From an uncultured Pseudomonadales bacterium (GTDB taxonomy: Bacteria > Patescibacteriota > Microgenomatia > UBA1400 > PJMF01), in NCBI GenBank assembly GCA_964432115.1, contig CAYSMC010000023.1, positions 1 to 63,463 on the forward strand: a DNA stretch of 63,463 bases, written 5' to 3'. The notes under the pieces are model-generated. The model saw only the letters and a program-made list of their open reading frames with translations, made no database searches and was not told the origin of the DNA. Shown here piece after piece: positions 27,851 to 37,839 of this stretch. A program made the position numbers and the translations under genes. The first letter of the stretch is position 1. The number at the start of each line of letters is the position of its first letter.

Positions 27851-28894
27851 ATGGGATCAATAGTTTTATTTTTAGGAATTTTATTATTCTCTTTTATTTT
27901 AACTAGTATGGCCGTAGTGCCTTTTATCAATTTACTGTACCGATTAAAATTTCGTCGAGCTCAGCAAGAAACTAAAGACGCTTTTGGTAAAAGAACACCA
28001 ATTTTTGATAAATTTCACAAACAAAAAGCCGGCGTACCCGTTGGCGGGGGTTTGTTAATTGTGTTAGTGGTCTCAGTTTTGTTTGCATTAATGATTCCCT
28101 TGCTCAATTATTTTGGTATTGAAGTAACTTCGATACATCAAAATAATCAAGTTGAGATTAATGTTTTATTTTTTACTTTTTTATCTTTTGCTATTTTGGG
28201 TTTATATGATGATCTTAAAAAATTTTTTACTTTTGAAAAAAATAAATTTTTTGGTTTGAGGCTAAGACAAAAATTAATATTACAAATAATTCTAGCTTTA
28301 ATTATTGCCAGCATGTTGTATTTTCAACTGGGCATTTCAATTTTACACATTCCGTTTATTGGCACTTTTGAACTGGGTTGGGCTTATATTCCTTTTGCTT
28401 GTTTTGTAATTGTTGCTTTTACCAATGCCGTTAATATTACTGATGGTTTGGATGGTTTAGCTTCTGGCCTATTGATGGTAGGTTTGTTTGGTTTGTGGAT
28501 ATTATCTTCGAGTATTTTGGACATACCTTTATCAGTCTTTATTGCTTTGTGGTTAGGCTCTTTAATTTCTTTACTTTATTTTAATATTTTTCCCGCTCGC
28601 CTATTTATGGGTGATGTCGGTTCATTGGCCTTTGGCGCGACTTTAGCGGTCATAGGTTTGTTGTTAGGAAAAATTTTTACCTTATTAATTATTGGTTTTA
28701 TTTTTGTTTTGGAAATCATGAGTACACTGTTACAACTTCTATCTAAAAAATATTTTAAAAGAAAGATTTTACCAGCCGCACCTTTGCATTTAACTTTGCA
28801 AGAACATGGTTGGGATGAACCAAAAATTGTGCAACGGGCCTGGTTAATACAAATTATGCTAACCCTATTTGGATTGTGGTTGGCTTTTATTTAA
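27851..28894 (+). CDS. mraY: phospho-N-acetylmuramoyl-pentapeptide transferase
   Basis: The ORF track start 27770 overlaps murA. I prefer ATG 27851 (MGSIVLF...), 1 nt after the murA stop and preceded by AGGAAA. Motif NAVNITDGLDGLA. Confidence 0.9.
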   Translation: MGSIVLFLGILLFSFILTSMAVVPFINLLYRLKFRRAQQETKDAFGKRTPIFDKFHKQKAGVPVGGGLLIVLVVSVLFALMIPLLNYFGIEVTSIHQNNQVEINVLFFTFLSFAILGLYDDLKKFFTFEKNKFFGLRLRQKLILQIILALIIASMLYFQLGISILHIPFIGTFELGWAYIPFACFVIVAFTNAVNITDGLDGLASGLLMVGLFGLWILSSSILDIPLSVFIALWLGSLISLLYFNIFPARLFMGDVGSLAFGATLAVIGLLLGKIFTLLIIGFIFVLEIMSTLLQLLSKKYFKRKILPAAPLHLTLQEHGWDEPKIVQRAWLIQIMLTLFGLWLAFI

Positions 28895-28902
28895 ACGATT
28901 CG

Positions 28903-29979
28903 ATGTTAAAAGCAAATTGGCAATTTATTATATTAGTTTTAATTTTGTCTTTTACTGGTTTATTTTTTTTATTTGAAACCTCCGCCGTTCAAAGTGTGAA
29001 ATTTTTTAATCCACCCTATCATTTCGTGACTCAGCAAGCTAAGTGGTTAGCTCTGTCTTTGTTTTTAGCGACTATCACTTGTTTTCTCAATTTAAAATTA
29101 TTACAAAGATTGGCTTCAATTTTTTATTTTTTTGCTTTAATTTTATTAGCTTTACCGTTGATTCCTGGTCTCGGCATGACTTTAAATGGTGCTAGTCGCT
29201 GGATTAATGTTTTTAATTACAGCTTTCAGCCGGTTGAAATTTTTAAATTCTTTTTCATTAATTTTTATGCCAATTTATTAGCTAAGAAAACTAATCTTGC
29301 CAGCTTTGTCTTTTTTTTAATTTGGCCAAGTTTAATTTTGCTATTGCAACCAGACTTTGGGTCTCTATTGGTGTTGTTGTTTAGTGCAATGATTATGTAT
29401 TTTTTATCTGGTGTTGATTTTAAAATTTTCTCTCTGTTAGTGGTGGGATTGGTAATCTTAGCACTAGTAGCCATTTTATTAATTCCCTATCGTCGTGAAC
29501 GTCTATTAAGTTTTATTAAAAGAGACGTAGATGTTCAAGCAGAAGCCTATCATAGCCACCAGGTTTTATTAGCTTTAGGTGCTGGTTCTTGGTTTGGTCG
29601 AGGCATTGGTAACTCTCAACAAAAATATGCTTATGTGCCTGAAGCCAGTAGTGATTCAATTTTTGCTATTATTGCCGAAGAAATGGGTTTTATTGGATCG
29701 TCAATTATTATTTTGATGTTTGCTGCTTATTTCTTTTTTGCGGAAAGGATGATTAAAGATCAAAAGTTGAGTAAAGACCAGTTTTTATTATTCTATGGCA
29801 TATTAGCTTGGATTGTCGCTCAATTATTGTTTAATTTGGGAGCAGTAGTGGCTCTATTGCCATTGAGCGGGATGCCGTTGCCATTTTTTTCGCAGGGTGG
29901 TTCTGCTCTATTGAGTGTTTTTTTTGTGAGTGCGATTTTACTCAATATTAGTAAAAGCAATAGCAAAATGTTAAGATAA
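28903..29979 (+). CDS. ftsW: SEDS-family peptidoglycan glycosyltransferase FtsW
   Basis: SEDS motifs (QPDFGS, PLPFFSQGGS). Sits between mraY and murG. I prefer ATG 28903 over the GTG 28876 of the ORF track. Confidence 0.8.
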   Translation: MLKANWQFIILVLILSFTGLFFLFETSAVQSVKFFNPPYHFVTQQAKWLALSLFLATITCFLNLKLLQRLASIFYFFALILLALPLIPGLGMTLNGASRWINVFNYSFQPVEIFKFFFINFYANLLAKKTNLASFVFFLIWPSLILLLQPDFGSLLVLLFSAMIMYFLSGVDFKIFSLLVVGLVILALVAILLIPYRRERLLSFIKRDVDVQAEAYHSHQVLLALGAGSWFGRGIGNSQQKYAYVPEASSDSIFAIIAEEMGFIGSSIIILMFAAYFFFAERMIKDQKLSKDQFLLFYGILAWIVAQLLFNLGAVVALLPLSGMPLPFFSQGGSALLSVFFVSAILLNISKSNSKMLR

Positions 29980-29983
29980 AATT

Positions 29984-31099
29984 ATGAAAATTTTCTTAAC
30001 TGGAGCTCATTTGACTCCAGCATTGGCCATGATTGATTATATTCAGGCCTATCACCCCAAAGATCAATTGGTTTTTCTTGGTCGTTTGTATAGTCAAGAA
30101 CGATTGAAACAAAAGGCAGTTGAAGAGCTAGAAATTAAAAAAAGAGGGGTTAAATTTATTCCTTTTGCAGCAGTGAAATTTGTTAATTCTTCTTTTATTG
30201 ATTTGTGTTTGGCCTTTACTTTCCCCAAAACTGTGAGTAAAGCCAAGAAAATTTTACTTCAAGAGAAACCGGATGTTTTATTATCTTTTGGTTCTTATCT
30301 AGCTGTTCCATTTGTCTTGGCGGCTAAAAAGTTAAGAATTCCTGTAGTCACTCATGAACAAACAGTGGCGATGGGTAAGGCTAATCAATTTATTGCCAAT
30401 TTAGCTGATAAAGTAGCCATTTCTTTTCCTCAGACTAGTCAATATTTAAAAAAAGAGAATTACTATTTAACCGGCAATCCGGTTCGTCAATCTTTATTTA
30501 ATAAAAATTTAAAAAAACCCAATTATTTAACAAACGACTTGGATCATATGATTTTGATTATGGGTGGCAACCAGGGTTCTTTTGTGATTAATAATTTGTT
30601 GAAATTAATACTGAAAGAATTATTAGCAGATTTTACTGTAATTCATCAATGCGGGCGCGCCAATACCTTGAAAAATTATCCTGCTGAATTGTTAAAAATT
30701 AAGAAAAATCTACCAAAAAAATTGCAAAATCGTTATTTTATTAGAGAATGGATGGAAGAAGAAGAATTGTTTTGGCTTTATCAGCAAGCAGATTTTGTTA
30801 TTAGCAGAGCTGGAGCTAACACGGTTTTAGAATTATGTTTGGTAGCTTTACCGGCTATTTTGATTCCCCTACCCAACACTCACAATAACGAACAAATGTT
30901 AAATGCCCAAATGATGGTTAAAGCTGGTGGAGCAATTATCATTGATCAAAAAGATTTAAGCACTAAAAGATTATTAGTCGCAGTTAAAACTATGCAAAAA
31001 CGCAGGCAAGCAATGCGGCAAAATTTAGCTAAGCAGAAATTTTATCAAGAAGCAGAACCAAAAATTTATCAATTATTAAGTGATGTCTGTCAACACTAA
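29984..31099 (+). CDS. murG: lipid II synthase (UDP-GlcNAc transferase) MurG
   Basis: 371 aa. N-terminal TGAHLTPALA loop, GGNQGS and the C-terminal GT28 domain. Confidence 0.85.
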   Translation: MKIFLTGAHLTPALAMIDYIQAYHPKDQLVFLGRLYSQERLKQKAVEELEIKKRGVKFIPFAAVKFVNSSFIDLCLAFTFPKTVSKAKKILLQEKPDVLLSFGSYLAVPFVLAAKKLRIPVVTHEQTVAMGKANQFIANLADKVAISFPQTSQYLKKENYYLTGNPVRQSLFNKNLKKPNYLTNDLDHMILIMGGNQGSFVINNLLKLILKELLADFTVIHQCGRANTLKNYPAELLKIKKNLPKKLQNRYFIREWMEEEELFWLYQQADFVISRAGANTVLELCLVALPAILIPLPNTHNNEQMLNAQMMVKAGGAIIIDQKDLSTKRLLVAVKTMQKRRQAMRQNLAKQKFYQEAEPKIYQLLSDVCQH

Positions 31100-31835
31100 A
31101 AAATACTTTAACTATCTTTACTTTTTTTTGACATTTAGTATTACCACTTTTGTATTAATTTTGACCTTAAGAGTTAAAAGAGTTGAATGTCATCAGAGTG
31201 ATTCTGACAGTCAAGATTTAGTTAGTGTTTGTCAGGAATTAAAAACGGATTTTTTAGGCAAATCGCTAATTTTTTATAATTTTGCTGAAGCAGATGTTTG
31301 GCAGAAATTGGCTCAAAGCGCCGATTATCAAGAGCTTTATCAGTTATCATTTTTAGAAAAACAAGCACCCAACACTTTAATTTTACATTTAGACAGTAAA
31401 TTGCCAGATTATCGCTTGATTATTATTAATGATAGTCAACAAGAACAAAGTTATATTTTAAATCAAAACAATCATTTAAAAAAAGATCAGGGGCAAGTAG
31501 CTCTTTTTGAAATTCTTTATCAAGGTCGAGCAGAGATTTTGAGTAAAAATAAACACTATTTAGAAGAGAATTATCATCAATTTTTTTTGAGTTTAAAGAA
31601 TAATTTAGATCATTATCAGATTGAGGCAAAAAGATTGTTGTGGCAAGCAGATGATCTCTTAGAACTTGATTTGGGAAAATCGTGGTTAGTCATTTTGGAT
31701 CAAGACATAAATCCAGAACAAACAATACAAAACTTATCATTAATTTTACTTGACAAGGAAGTGCTAACTGAAATTGAAAAGCAAGGATTTTTGGATATGC
31801 GTTTTAATTTACCAGTTATCAGAGAACAAATATAG
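31083..31835 (+). CDS. ftsQ: cell division protein FtsQ-like
   Basis: About 250 aa with an N-terminal TM helix (YLYFFLTFSITTFVLILTL). The call rests mainly on its position between murG and ftsA. ATG 31083 overlaps the murG end by 17 nt. Confidence 0.55.
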   Translation: MSVNTKKYFNYLYFFLTFSITTFVLILTLRVKRVECHQSDSDSQDLVSVCQELKTDFLGKSLIFYNFAEADVWQKLAQSADYQELYQLSFLEKQAPNTLILHLDSKLPDYRLIIINDSQQEQSYILNQNNHLKKDQGQVALFEILYQGRAEILSKNKHYLEENYHQFFLSLKNNLDHYQIEAKRLLWQADDLLELDLGKSWLVILDQDINPEQTIQNLSLILLDKEVLTEIEKQGFLDMRFNLPVIREQI

Positions 31836-31892
31836 ATAGCTTTTTGTTCTCGACAGTGTTAAGTAAATTCTGTATGATGAAAGTTAATTAAT

Positions 31893-33212
31893 ATGAGTAA
31901 AGGTAATATCATCAGCGCTATTGATTTAGGTACTGACAAATGTGTTACTTTGATTGCTAAAGTTAATGAGTTAAATAAATTAGAAGTCTTAGGTTTTAGC
32001 GTTGTGCCTTCTCGCGGAGTGAGACGTAGTACGATTGTTAATTTAGAAGAAGCTTTAAGTACCGTTGGCCAAAGTTTAGATGCTGCCGAAAGAATGGCGG
32101 GTTTGGCAGTGAAAAATGTGATTTTATCACTTTCAGGTGTTTATATTCGCTATAAAAACTCTAAAGGTGTGGTGCCAGTTTCATCACCAAATCAGGAAAT
32201 TTCCTCTCTAGATGTGGATCGAGTGATTGAAGCAGCCAGAGCAATTTCTCTACCAAGTGAGCGAGAAATTATTCACGTTATTCCCAAAGATTTTAAAGTT
32301 GATTCCCAAGAAGGAATTAAGGATCCGGTGGGGATGATGGGAGTGCGTTTGGAATCTGAAACACACATTATTACTGGTTTATCTACCAGTTTACGCAATT
32401 TTGAAAAATGTATGGCTGATTTAGGTTTAAATGTTGATGCTTTTGTTTTTTCTGCCCTGTCAGCGAGTGAAGTGGCCTTAACTGAAACAGAAAAAGAATT
32501 GGGAGCAGTGTTGGTAGATATTGGAGCTGGTACTACTAGTATTTGTGCCTATGTTGAAGGAGTTTTGGAATTTTCTGCCGTGATTCCGGTCGGAGCAAAA
32601 TATATTACTCAGGATATCGCTTCAGGATTGCGGATTTCTCTAGAAGACGCTGAAAAACTCAAACTTTATTTGAGTAGCGACGAAGAGGTTAGGTTAGTGC
32701 CATTACCAGGAGAATCAAAAGCTGAATTTACTAAACGCAAAAAAAAGTTCGATTTATTAGATGCTGAAAAAATTGGGATTAGCAATCATGACCCAATTTC
32801 TCGGAAGTTTGTTACTGACGTAGTAATGGAACCACGAATCAAGGAAATTTTTACTTTGGTTTTAGAAGAATTGGCCAAAGCGGGCCTGCTGGATGGTAAT
32901 AAATTACCAGCCGGAATAGTAGTGACTGGTGGTGGAGCACTGACTTATAATTTGGTCGATGTTGCTAGATATGTGAGTAAAATGTCAGTTAGATTGGCGA
33001 AACCGAGTAATTTTTTAGGTTTAACAGACGACATTAAACAAGTGAATTTTGCTGTTGCACTAGGTTTGTTGGCCTACGCCAAGCGTCAGGGCAATATCGG
33101 AGCCGCTAGTGGTGGCGAGCTTTCTCTAAATTTAAAGAAGATGTTACCGACACAGTTTTTATCAGGAGTTTTGGAAAAAATTAAATCTTTATTTAAGAAA
33201 ATTTTTCCATAA
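31893..33212 (+). CDS. ftsA: cell division protein FtsA
   Basis: 439 aa. Actin-fold motifs AIDLGTDK and VDIGAGTTS. C-terminal amphipathic tail. Confidence 0.9.
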   Translation: MSKGNIISAIDLGTDKCVTLIAKVNELNKLEVLGFSVVPSRGVRRSTIVNLEEALSTVGQSLDAAERMAGLAVKNVILSLSGVYIRYKNSKGVVPVSSPNQEISSLDVDRVIEAARAISLPSEREIIHVIPKDFKVDSQEGIKDPVGMMGVRLESETHIITGLSTSLRNFEKCMADLGLNVDAFVFSALSASEVALTETEKELGAVLVDIGAGTTSICAYVEGVLEFSAVIPVGAKYITQDIASGLRISLEDAEKLKLYLSSDEEVRLVPLPGESKAEFTKRKKKFDLLDAEKIGISNHDPISRKFVTDVVMEPRIKEIFTLVLEELAKAGLLDGNKLPAGIVVTGGGALTYNLVDVARYVSKMSVRLAKPSNFLGLTDDIKQVNFAVALGLLAYAKRQGNIGAASGGELSLNLKKMLPTQFLSGVLEKIKSLFKKIFP

Positions 33213-33253
33213 TTGATTTTTTATAAAAAGCGCTATTTACTAGTTTACTTTTA

Positions 33254-33262
33254 TGCTAAAAT
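33254..33262 (+). promoter_or_regulatory. extended -10 promoter upstream of ftsZ
   Basis: TGCTAAAAT, 52 nt upstream of the ftsZ ATG. Confidence 0.35.
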
Positions 33263-33314
33263 CAGGTAATTTGATTGTGATAGTTTGATATAAATAATAG
33301 CTATATAAGAACCT

Positions 33315-34625
33315 ATGGGATTAGTTAAACCTTCTAATACGACCTTTGCTAAAATTAAAGTTGTTGGAGTGGGTGGCGGAGGTAACAACGCCATCAACTC
33401 TATGATTCTTTCCAAAGAAATTAAGGGCGTAGAGTTTATTTCTATTAATACTGATGCTCAGGCTTTGTTAACCTCTAAAGCCGAAACCAAATTGCAAATT
33501 GGCAGTAATTTTACAAGAGGTTTGGGTGCTGGAGCTGATCCTGAAGTGGGACGCACTGCAGCTGAAGAAAGTCGAGAAAAAATTAAAGAATTACTATTTG
33601 ATACTGATATGGTTTTTATTACTGCTGGCATGGGAGGAGGAACTGGGACTGGTGCTTCGCCAATTATTGCTGAAATAGCTAAAGAAACTGGAGCATTAAC
33701 GGTATCGGTGGTCACTAAACCATTTGCTTTTGAGGGAGTGCGTAGAATGCAAACTGCTGAGGAAGGTATTGAATATTTAACGGATATGGTTGATACGCTG
33801 ATTGTTATTCCCAATCAACGCTTATTAGAAGTGGTTGATAAAAAGATGACTTTTATTGATGCTTTTCGTTTAGCAGACAATGTTTTAGGTCAAGGAGTGA
33901 AGGGAATTTCTGATTTAATTACAGTGGCTGGAATGATTAATGTTGATTTTGCTGATGTCAAAACTATTATGTCTGATTCAGGAACAGCCTTAATGGGTAT
34001 TGGTGAGGCTTCTGGTGAAGATCGAGCAGTAATGGCAGCCAGAATGGCAATTTCCTCTCCTCTTTTAGAAGTTTCAATTAATGGAGCTAAAGGTATTTTA
34101 TATAACATTACGGGTGGTCCAGATATGACTATGACTGAAGTTTCTGATGCTTCGTCCATTATTGCTGATAGCGCTGACACCGATGCCGACATTATTTTTG
34201 GAGCAACTATTGATGAAGATATGGGTTCTAAAATTAAAATTAGTGTTATTGCCACTGGTTTTAATGATAATTATATGGGCGCGGGACCTCGAGCATTATT
34301 TGGTGCTTATGGCCGAGAATCAAAAAGAAAAATGACGCATAGTGGAGTTGTTGCCACACAGCAGACAGTAGCAGAAGAAGAAATTAATAGCGATAAAATT
34401 GATCGCGCTCCTGAAGCTTTTACCCAGCCTCAAACTGCAGCTGATCGAAAACCAAAAAAAGAAGAAAAAAATGATAGCAACAATCCTTTTGTTCGCAGTG
34501 CCTTATTTAATTTAAAAAAAGATAATAAACACAAAGTAACAGATCAGTCTGATAAAAAAGAAGACGCAGATGCCGATGACGAATTTAGTGAATTCGAAGT
34601 GCCAGCTTTTTTGAGACAAAAATAA
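33315..34625 (+). CDS. ftsZ: cell division GTPase FtsZ
   Basis: 436 aa. Tubulin signature [10 protein letters not shown]. Long disordered linker and a conserved C-terminal peptide, [11 protein letters not shown]. Confidence 0.97.
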   Translation: MGLVKPSNTTFAKIKVVGVGGGGNNAINSMILSKEIKGVEFISINTDAQALLTSKAETKLQIGSNFTRGLGAGADPEVGRTAAEESREKIKELLFDTDMVFITAGMGGGTGTGASPIIAEIAKETGALTVSVVTKPFAFEGVRRMQTAEEGIEYLTDMVDTLIVIPNQRLLEVVDKKMTFIDAFRLADNVLGQGVKGISDLITVAGMINVDFADVKTIMSDSGTALMGIGEASGEDRAVMAARMAISSPLLEVSINGAKGILYNITGGPDMTMTEVSDASSIIADSADTDADIIFGATIDEDMGSKIKISVIATGFNDNYMGAGPRALFGAYGRESKRKMTHSGVVATQQTVAEEEINSDKIDRAPEAFTQPQTAADRKPKKEEKNDSNNPFVRSALFNLKKDNKHKVTDQSDKKEDADADDEFSEFEVPAFLRQK

Positions 34626-34671
34626 TTTTTTCTTAATTCGATTTTTGATTGATTCAGATACAACTTTTTTC

Positions 34672-34680
34672 TGCTATAAT
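34672..34680 (+). promoter_or_regulatory. extended -10 promoter of the ileS leader
   Basis: TGCTATAAT: TG, one nt, then consensus TATAAT. Confidence 0.5.
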
Positions 34681-34686
34681 GTTATT

Positions 34687-34877
34687 GTTAACAAAAATAC
34701 CGTTAGAGCTAATGATCATTTAGCAAGGTGCTTGAAGAAATTGTTTAAAAAACAAAAGTAGAACAAGCCGCAGCGACCGCGTAAGAGTCAAAATTGAGCA
34801 GCAATAGGGCTGGTACCTTTGCTTTTTAGCAAGCCTTATTAAAGTCGTTGAATAACGATCTTTACTAAGGTTTTTTT
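34687..34877 (+). promoter_or_regulatory. T-box riboswitch leader (Ile)
   Basis: T-box core AATAGGGCTGGTACC (34803-34817) with UGGU in a bulge. An antiterminator can be drawn that is mutually exclusive with a terminator hairpin. A short hairpin (34708-34724) displays AUC-A. A Stem II-like hairpin (34730-34768) has an AGUA/GAA internal loop. Confidence 0.8.
34834..34877 (+). terminator. T-box expression-platform terminator
   Basis: A 16/17-nt-arm hairpin (CCTTATTAAAGTCGTT-GAAT-AACGATCTTTACTAAGG, one bulge and one mismatch) followed by seven T (34871-34877). Confidence 0.8.
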
Positions 34878-34893
34878 GTATAAAAAGGGAAAA

Positions 34894-37839
34894 ATGACAA
34901 AACTTAAGATCACAGATTTTAGAAAAACTCCTAATCTCGCACAATTAGAGGAAGAGATTTTGCAATTTTGGGAAGATGAGCAAGTTTTTGAACGGTCTTT
35001 AAAGCAACGTCAACAAGCTGAAAATTTTTCTTTTTATGATGGACCACCTTTTGCTACTGGTTTACCCCATTATGGTCACCTGATGCAATCAATGATTAAA
35101 GATTTAATTCCTCGTTATCAAACAATGAGGGGTAAACATGTGCGACGGGTGTGGGGTTGGGATTGTCATGGTTTACCGATCGAAAATTTAATAGAAAAAG
35201 AGCTCAATTTAAAAGATAAACAAGCTATCGAAGATTTTGGTATAGCTACTTTTAACCAAGCCTGTCAAGCTCGAGTCTTAACTTATGCAAAAGATTGGGA
35301 AAAAACTATCAAACGCATCGGTCGTTTTATTGACATGAAAAACGCTTACAAAACTATGGATAAAACTTATATGGAAAGTGTTTGGTGGGTGTTTAAAGAG
35401 CTTTATAAAAAGGGTTTAATTTACCAAAGCCATAAGGTAATGCACATTTGTCCTCGTTGTAGTACTCCACTTTCTAATTTTGAAGTCACTCAGGGTTATC
35501 AGGACGTCAAAGATTTAGCAGTGACAGCCAAATTCAAATTATTAAATGGAAATGAAAACATTTATTTTTTATCTTGGACGACTACAGCCTGGACTTTACC
35601 TGGCAATATGTTTTTAGCAGTTAATCCTGATTTAGATTATGTGTTAGTGGCAGTTAAAGATAAGGCTGAACAATATTATTTAGCTAAATCTCGTTTAAGT
35701 GATGTTTTTGCCGATCAAGATTATCAAGTGCTTAAAACGGTTAAGGGTCGAGAATTAATTGGCTTTAATTATCAACCAGTTTTCCCTTACTTTGCCAATT
35801 TAAAAGAAGATCAGCACTTGCCCGTTGAGGCAAGAAAATTATTATTTACTGTTCAGGGAGCTGACTTTGTCAATTTAGAAGAAGGAACGGGCATTGTTCA
35901 TGTGGCTCCGGCTTTTGGTGAAGACGATTATCAATTGGGAGAAAGTTTACTTAACTTTTCACGCTTAGATACCCCTGTGAAAAATAAATTATTTATTCAG
36001 CATGTGGATTTTAGTGGTCGCTTTATTGAAGCGGTCACAGATTTTGCTGGCGTGGAAGTCAAACCCAAGGATCAACCTCAAGCCACTGATGTTGAGATTA
36101 TTCGCTATTTAGCTAAAAAGAACTTATTATTCGCTAAAAAACAAATTACCCACAGTTATCCACATTGTTGGCGTTGTGATTCGCCATTATTAAATTATGC
36201 GACTAGTTCTTGGTTTGTCGAGGTGAGTGCTTTCAAAGATCAATTGTTAAAAAATAATCAGGTTATTAATTGGCAACCAGCTCACATTAAAGATGGTCGT
36301 TTTGGTAATTGGTTGGCTGAAGCGAGAGATTGGGCAATATCGCGCAATCGCTTTTGGGGAACTCCTCTACCGCTTTGGCAAAGTGATGATGGAGATTTAA
36401 TTTGTGTGGAGAGCAGTAAGGAACTTGAAGAGTTATCTGGACAAAAAATTGACAATTTACATAAAGAATTTGTTGATGAAATTGTGATTGAGAAGAATGG
36501 CAAAACTTATCGCCATTTGCCTGAAGTGTTAGATTGTTGGTTTGAATCTGGAGCCATGCCTTATGCGCAATTTAATTATCCCTTTAGCAATCAAGAGTTA
36601 TTTGCTAAAAATTTTCCGGCCAATTTCATTTCTGAAGGTCAAGATCAAACTCGAGGTTGGTTTTATACTTTACACGTTTTAGCCACTGCCCTAACGATGT
36701 CCAACGAGCAATTTAAATCTAGTCTTAATAAGTCACCAAGCAGTGCTTTTGCCAACGTGATGTGTACTGGTCTTATCATGGCTAGTGATGGTAAAAAGAT
36801 GAGTAAGCGTTTAAAAAATTATCCCGAACCACAAGTAATTTTGGATAAATACGGAGCCGATAGTCTACGCTTGTATTTGTTATCTTCGGCAGCAGTCAAA
36901 GCCGAGACTTTAAATTTTGAAGAACAGGAAGTAGCTGATATTCGCCGTCGGGTTTTTTTGATTTGGTGGAATATTTTAGCTTTTTATCAAACTTTTGCCA
37001 ATCAAGAAGTCACTAGACTAAATTTTGAGCAGGAAACAACAATCGATCACATTTTAGATCGCTGGTTATTATCTAAATTGGCCACTGTACAGAAAAAACT
37101 GCTAAATTATTTAGATAATTATGATGTCATGCGAGCGACGCGTTTATTAGCACCCTTTATCGATGATTTCTCAACTTGGTATTTAAGATTATCTAGAGAG
37201 CGTTTCAAAAACAGTAACGGCGCACAAGCTAGTCAAGTTTTTGCTAGCGTATTAGCTGTTTCTGCGCAATTATTTGCCCCAATTGTTCCTTTTTTTACTG
37301 AACTTGTTTATCAACAATTAAATGAGGATGGTCAATCGGTTCATCTAGGCGATTATCCAAAAATTCTTGATTTTTATCAGGATCAGCCATTGGAAGCAGC
37401 TATGCATGAGTTAAGACAACTAGTTGAACTTGGTCATGCTCAGCGCAAAAATGCTCAAGTGCCACTTCGTCAACCGCTGGCTTCAGTGACTTTCAATAAG
37501 CCAGCTAGTTTCAAGAATAATAAAGAACTGATTGCGATTTTAAAACAAGAATTAAACGTCAAAGAGGTAATATGGGGTCAAGCAGTTAAAGAAGAGTTAA
37601 GCGCAGTTTTTGATTTGGAATTAACTGCTGATTTAGAGGCAGAAGGCACAGCTCGCCAGATTGTGCGGCAAATTCAAAATTGGCGGAAAAAAGCTGGTTT
37701 AAAAGTTGATGAAAAAGTGCCCGTTTATTTAAGGACCTGGCCCAATCAGTTTAGCAAAATGATTGAAGAGAAAACCAATACCCAATTAATTCGAGCTAAA
37801 ATTGAAGGCCTTAAAGATCAAATTAAAGACAAAGGGTGA
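34894..37839 (+). CDS. ileS: isoleucyl-tRNA synthetase
   Basis: HIGH motif PHYGHL and KMSKS motif KMSKRL. The ORF track start TTG 34876 lies in the terminator T-run. I prefer ATG 34894 (MTKLKITDF), preceded by AAGGGA. Confidence 0.95.
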   Translation: MTKLKITDFRKTPNLAQLEEEILQFWEDEQVFERSLKQRQQAENFSFYDGPPFATGLPHYGHLMQSMIKDLIPRYQTMRGKHVRRVWGWDCHGLPIENLIEKELNLKDKQAIEDFGIATFNQACQARVLTYAKDWEKTIKRIGRFIDMKNAYKTMDKTYMESVWWVFKELYKKGLIYQSHKVMHICPRCSTPLSNFEVTQGYQDVKDLAVTAKFKLLNGNENIYFLSWTTTAWTLPGNMFLAVNPDLDYVLVAVKDKAEQYYLAKSRLSDVFADQDYQVLKTVKGRELIGFNYQPVFPYFANLKEDQHLPVEARKLLFTVQGADFVNLEEGTGIVHVAPAFGEDDYQLGESLLNFSRLDTPVKNKLFIQHVDFSGRFIEAVTDFAGVEVKPKDQPQATDVEIIRYLAKKNLLFAKKQITHSYPHCWRCDSPLLNYATSSWFVEVSAFKDQLLKNNQVINWQPAHIKDGRFGNWLAEARDWAISRNRFWGTPLPLWQSDDGDLICVESSKELEELSGQKIDNLHKEFVDEIVIEKNGKTYRHLPEVLDCWFESGAMPYAQFNYPFSNQELFAKNFPANFISEGQDQTRGWFYTLHVLATALTMSNEQFKSSLNKSPSSAFANVMCTGLIMASDGKKMSKRLKNYPEPQVILDKYGADSLRLYLLSSAAVKAETLNFEEQEVADIRRRVFLIWWNILAFYQTFANQEVTRLNFEQETTIDHILDRWLLSKLATVQKKLLNYLDNYDVMRATRLLAPFIDDFSTWYLRLSRERFKNSNGAQASQVFASVLAVSAQLFAPIVPFFTELVYQQLNEDGQSVHLGDYPKILDFYQDQPLEAAMHELRQLVELGHAQRKNAQVPLRQPLASVTFNKPASFKNNKELIAILKQELNVKEVIWGQAVKEELSAVFDLELTADLEAEGTARQIVRQIQNWRKKAGLKVDEKVPVYLRTWPNQFSKMIEEKTNTQLIRAKIEGLKDQIKDKG

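Noticed and set aside
33213-33314. Short direct repeats (TTTACT x2 and TTTGAT x2) in the ftsA-ftsZ spacer.
   Set aside because: These are 6-mers in very AT-rich DNA, with no phase relationship to the promoter. They cannot be distinguished from chance.
33458-34255. Two antisense ORFs of 118 and 121 aa on the minus strand inside ftsZ.
   Set aside because: They lie entirely within the highly conserved Gly/Ala-rich FtsZ core, where the codon composition keeps the opposite strand open. Their products are low-complexity and they have no start context.
34700-34705. CCGTTA, identical to the T-box F-box consensus, near the 5' end of the ileS leader.
   Set aside because: In canonical T-boxes the F-box lies after Stem IIA/B, not before Stem I. 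This position does not fit, so it is treated as coincidental.
34720-34944. A 74-aa minus-strand ORF upstream of and overlapping the ileS start.
   Set aside because: It covers the T-box leader and terminator. The conserved RNA elements explain the region better than a Cys/Leu-rich peptide without homologous features.
35956-35983. An inverted repeat, TTTTCAC-N14-GTGAAAA, inside ileS that uses the same half-sites as the parS-like palindrome.
   Set aside because: The half-sites are separated by 14 nt, so this is not a contiguous parS. Seven-bp AT-rich arms are plausible by chance. It is noted only as a possible weak ParB half-site pair.
36156-36164. Perfect DnaA-box 9-mers: TTATCCACA at 36156-36164 in ileS, and TGTGGATAA at 53632-53640 in a GT4 gene.
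   Set aside because: They are isolated single boxes inside coding sequence. There is no cluster, no AT-rich unwinding element and no dnaA nearby. One or two such matches are expected by chance in a window of this size.
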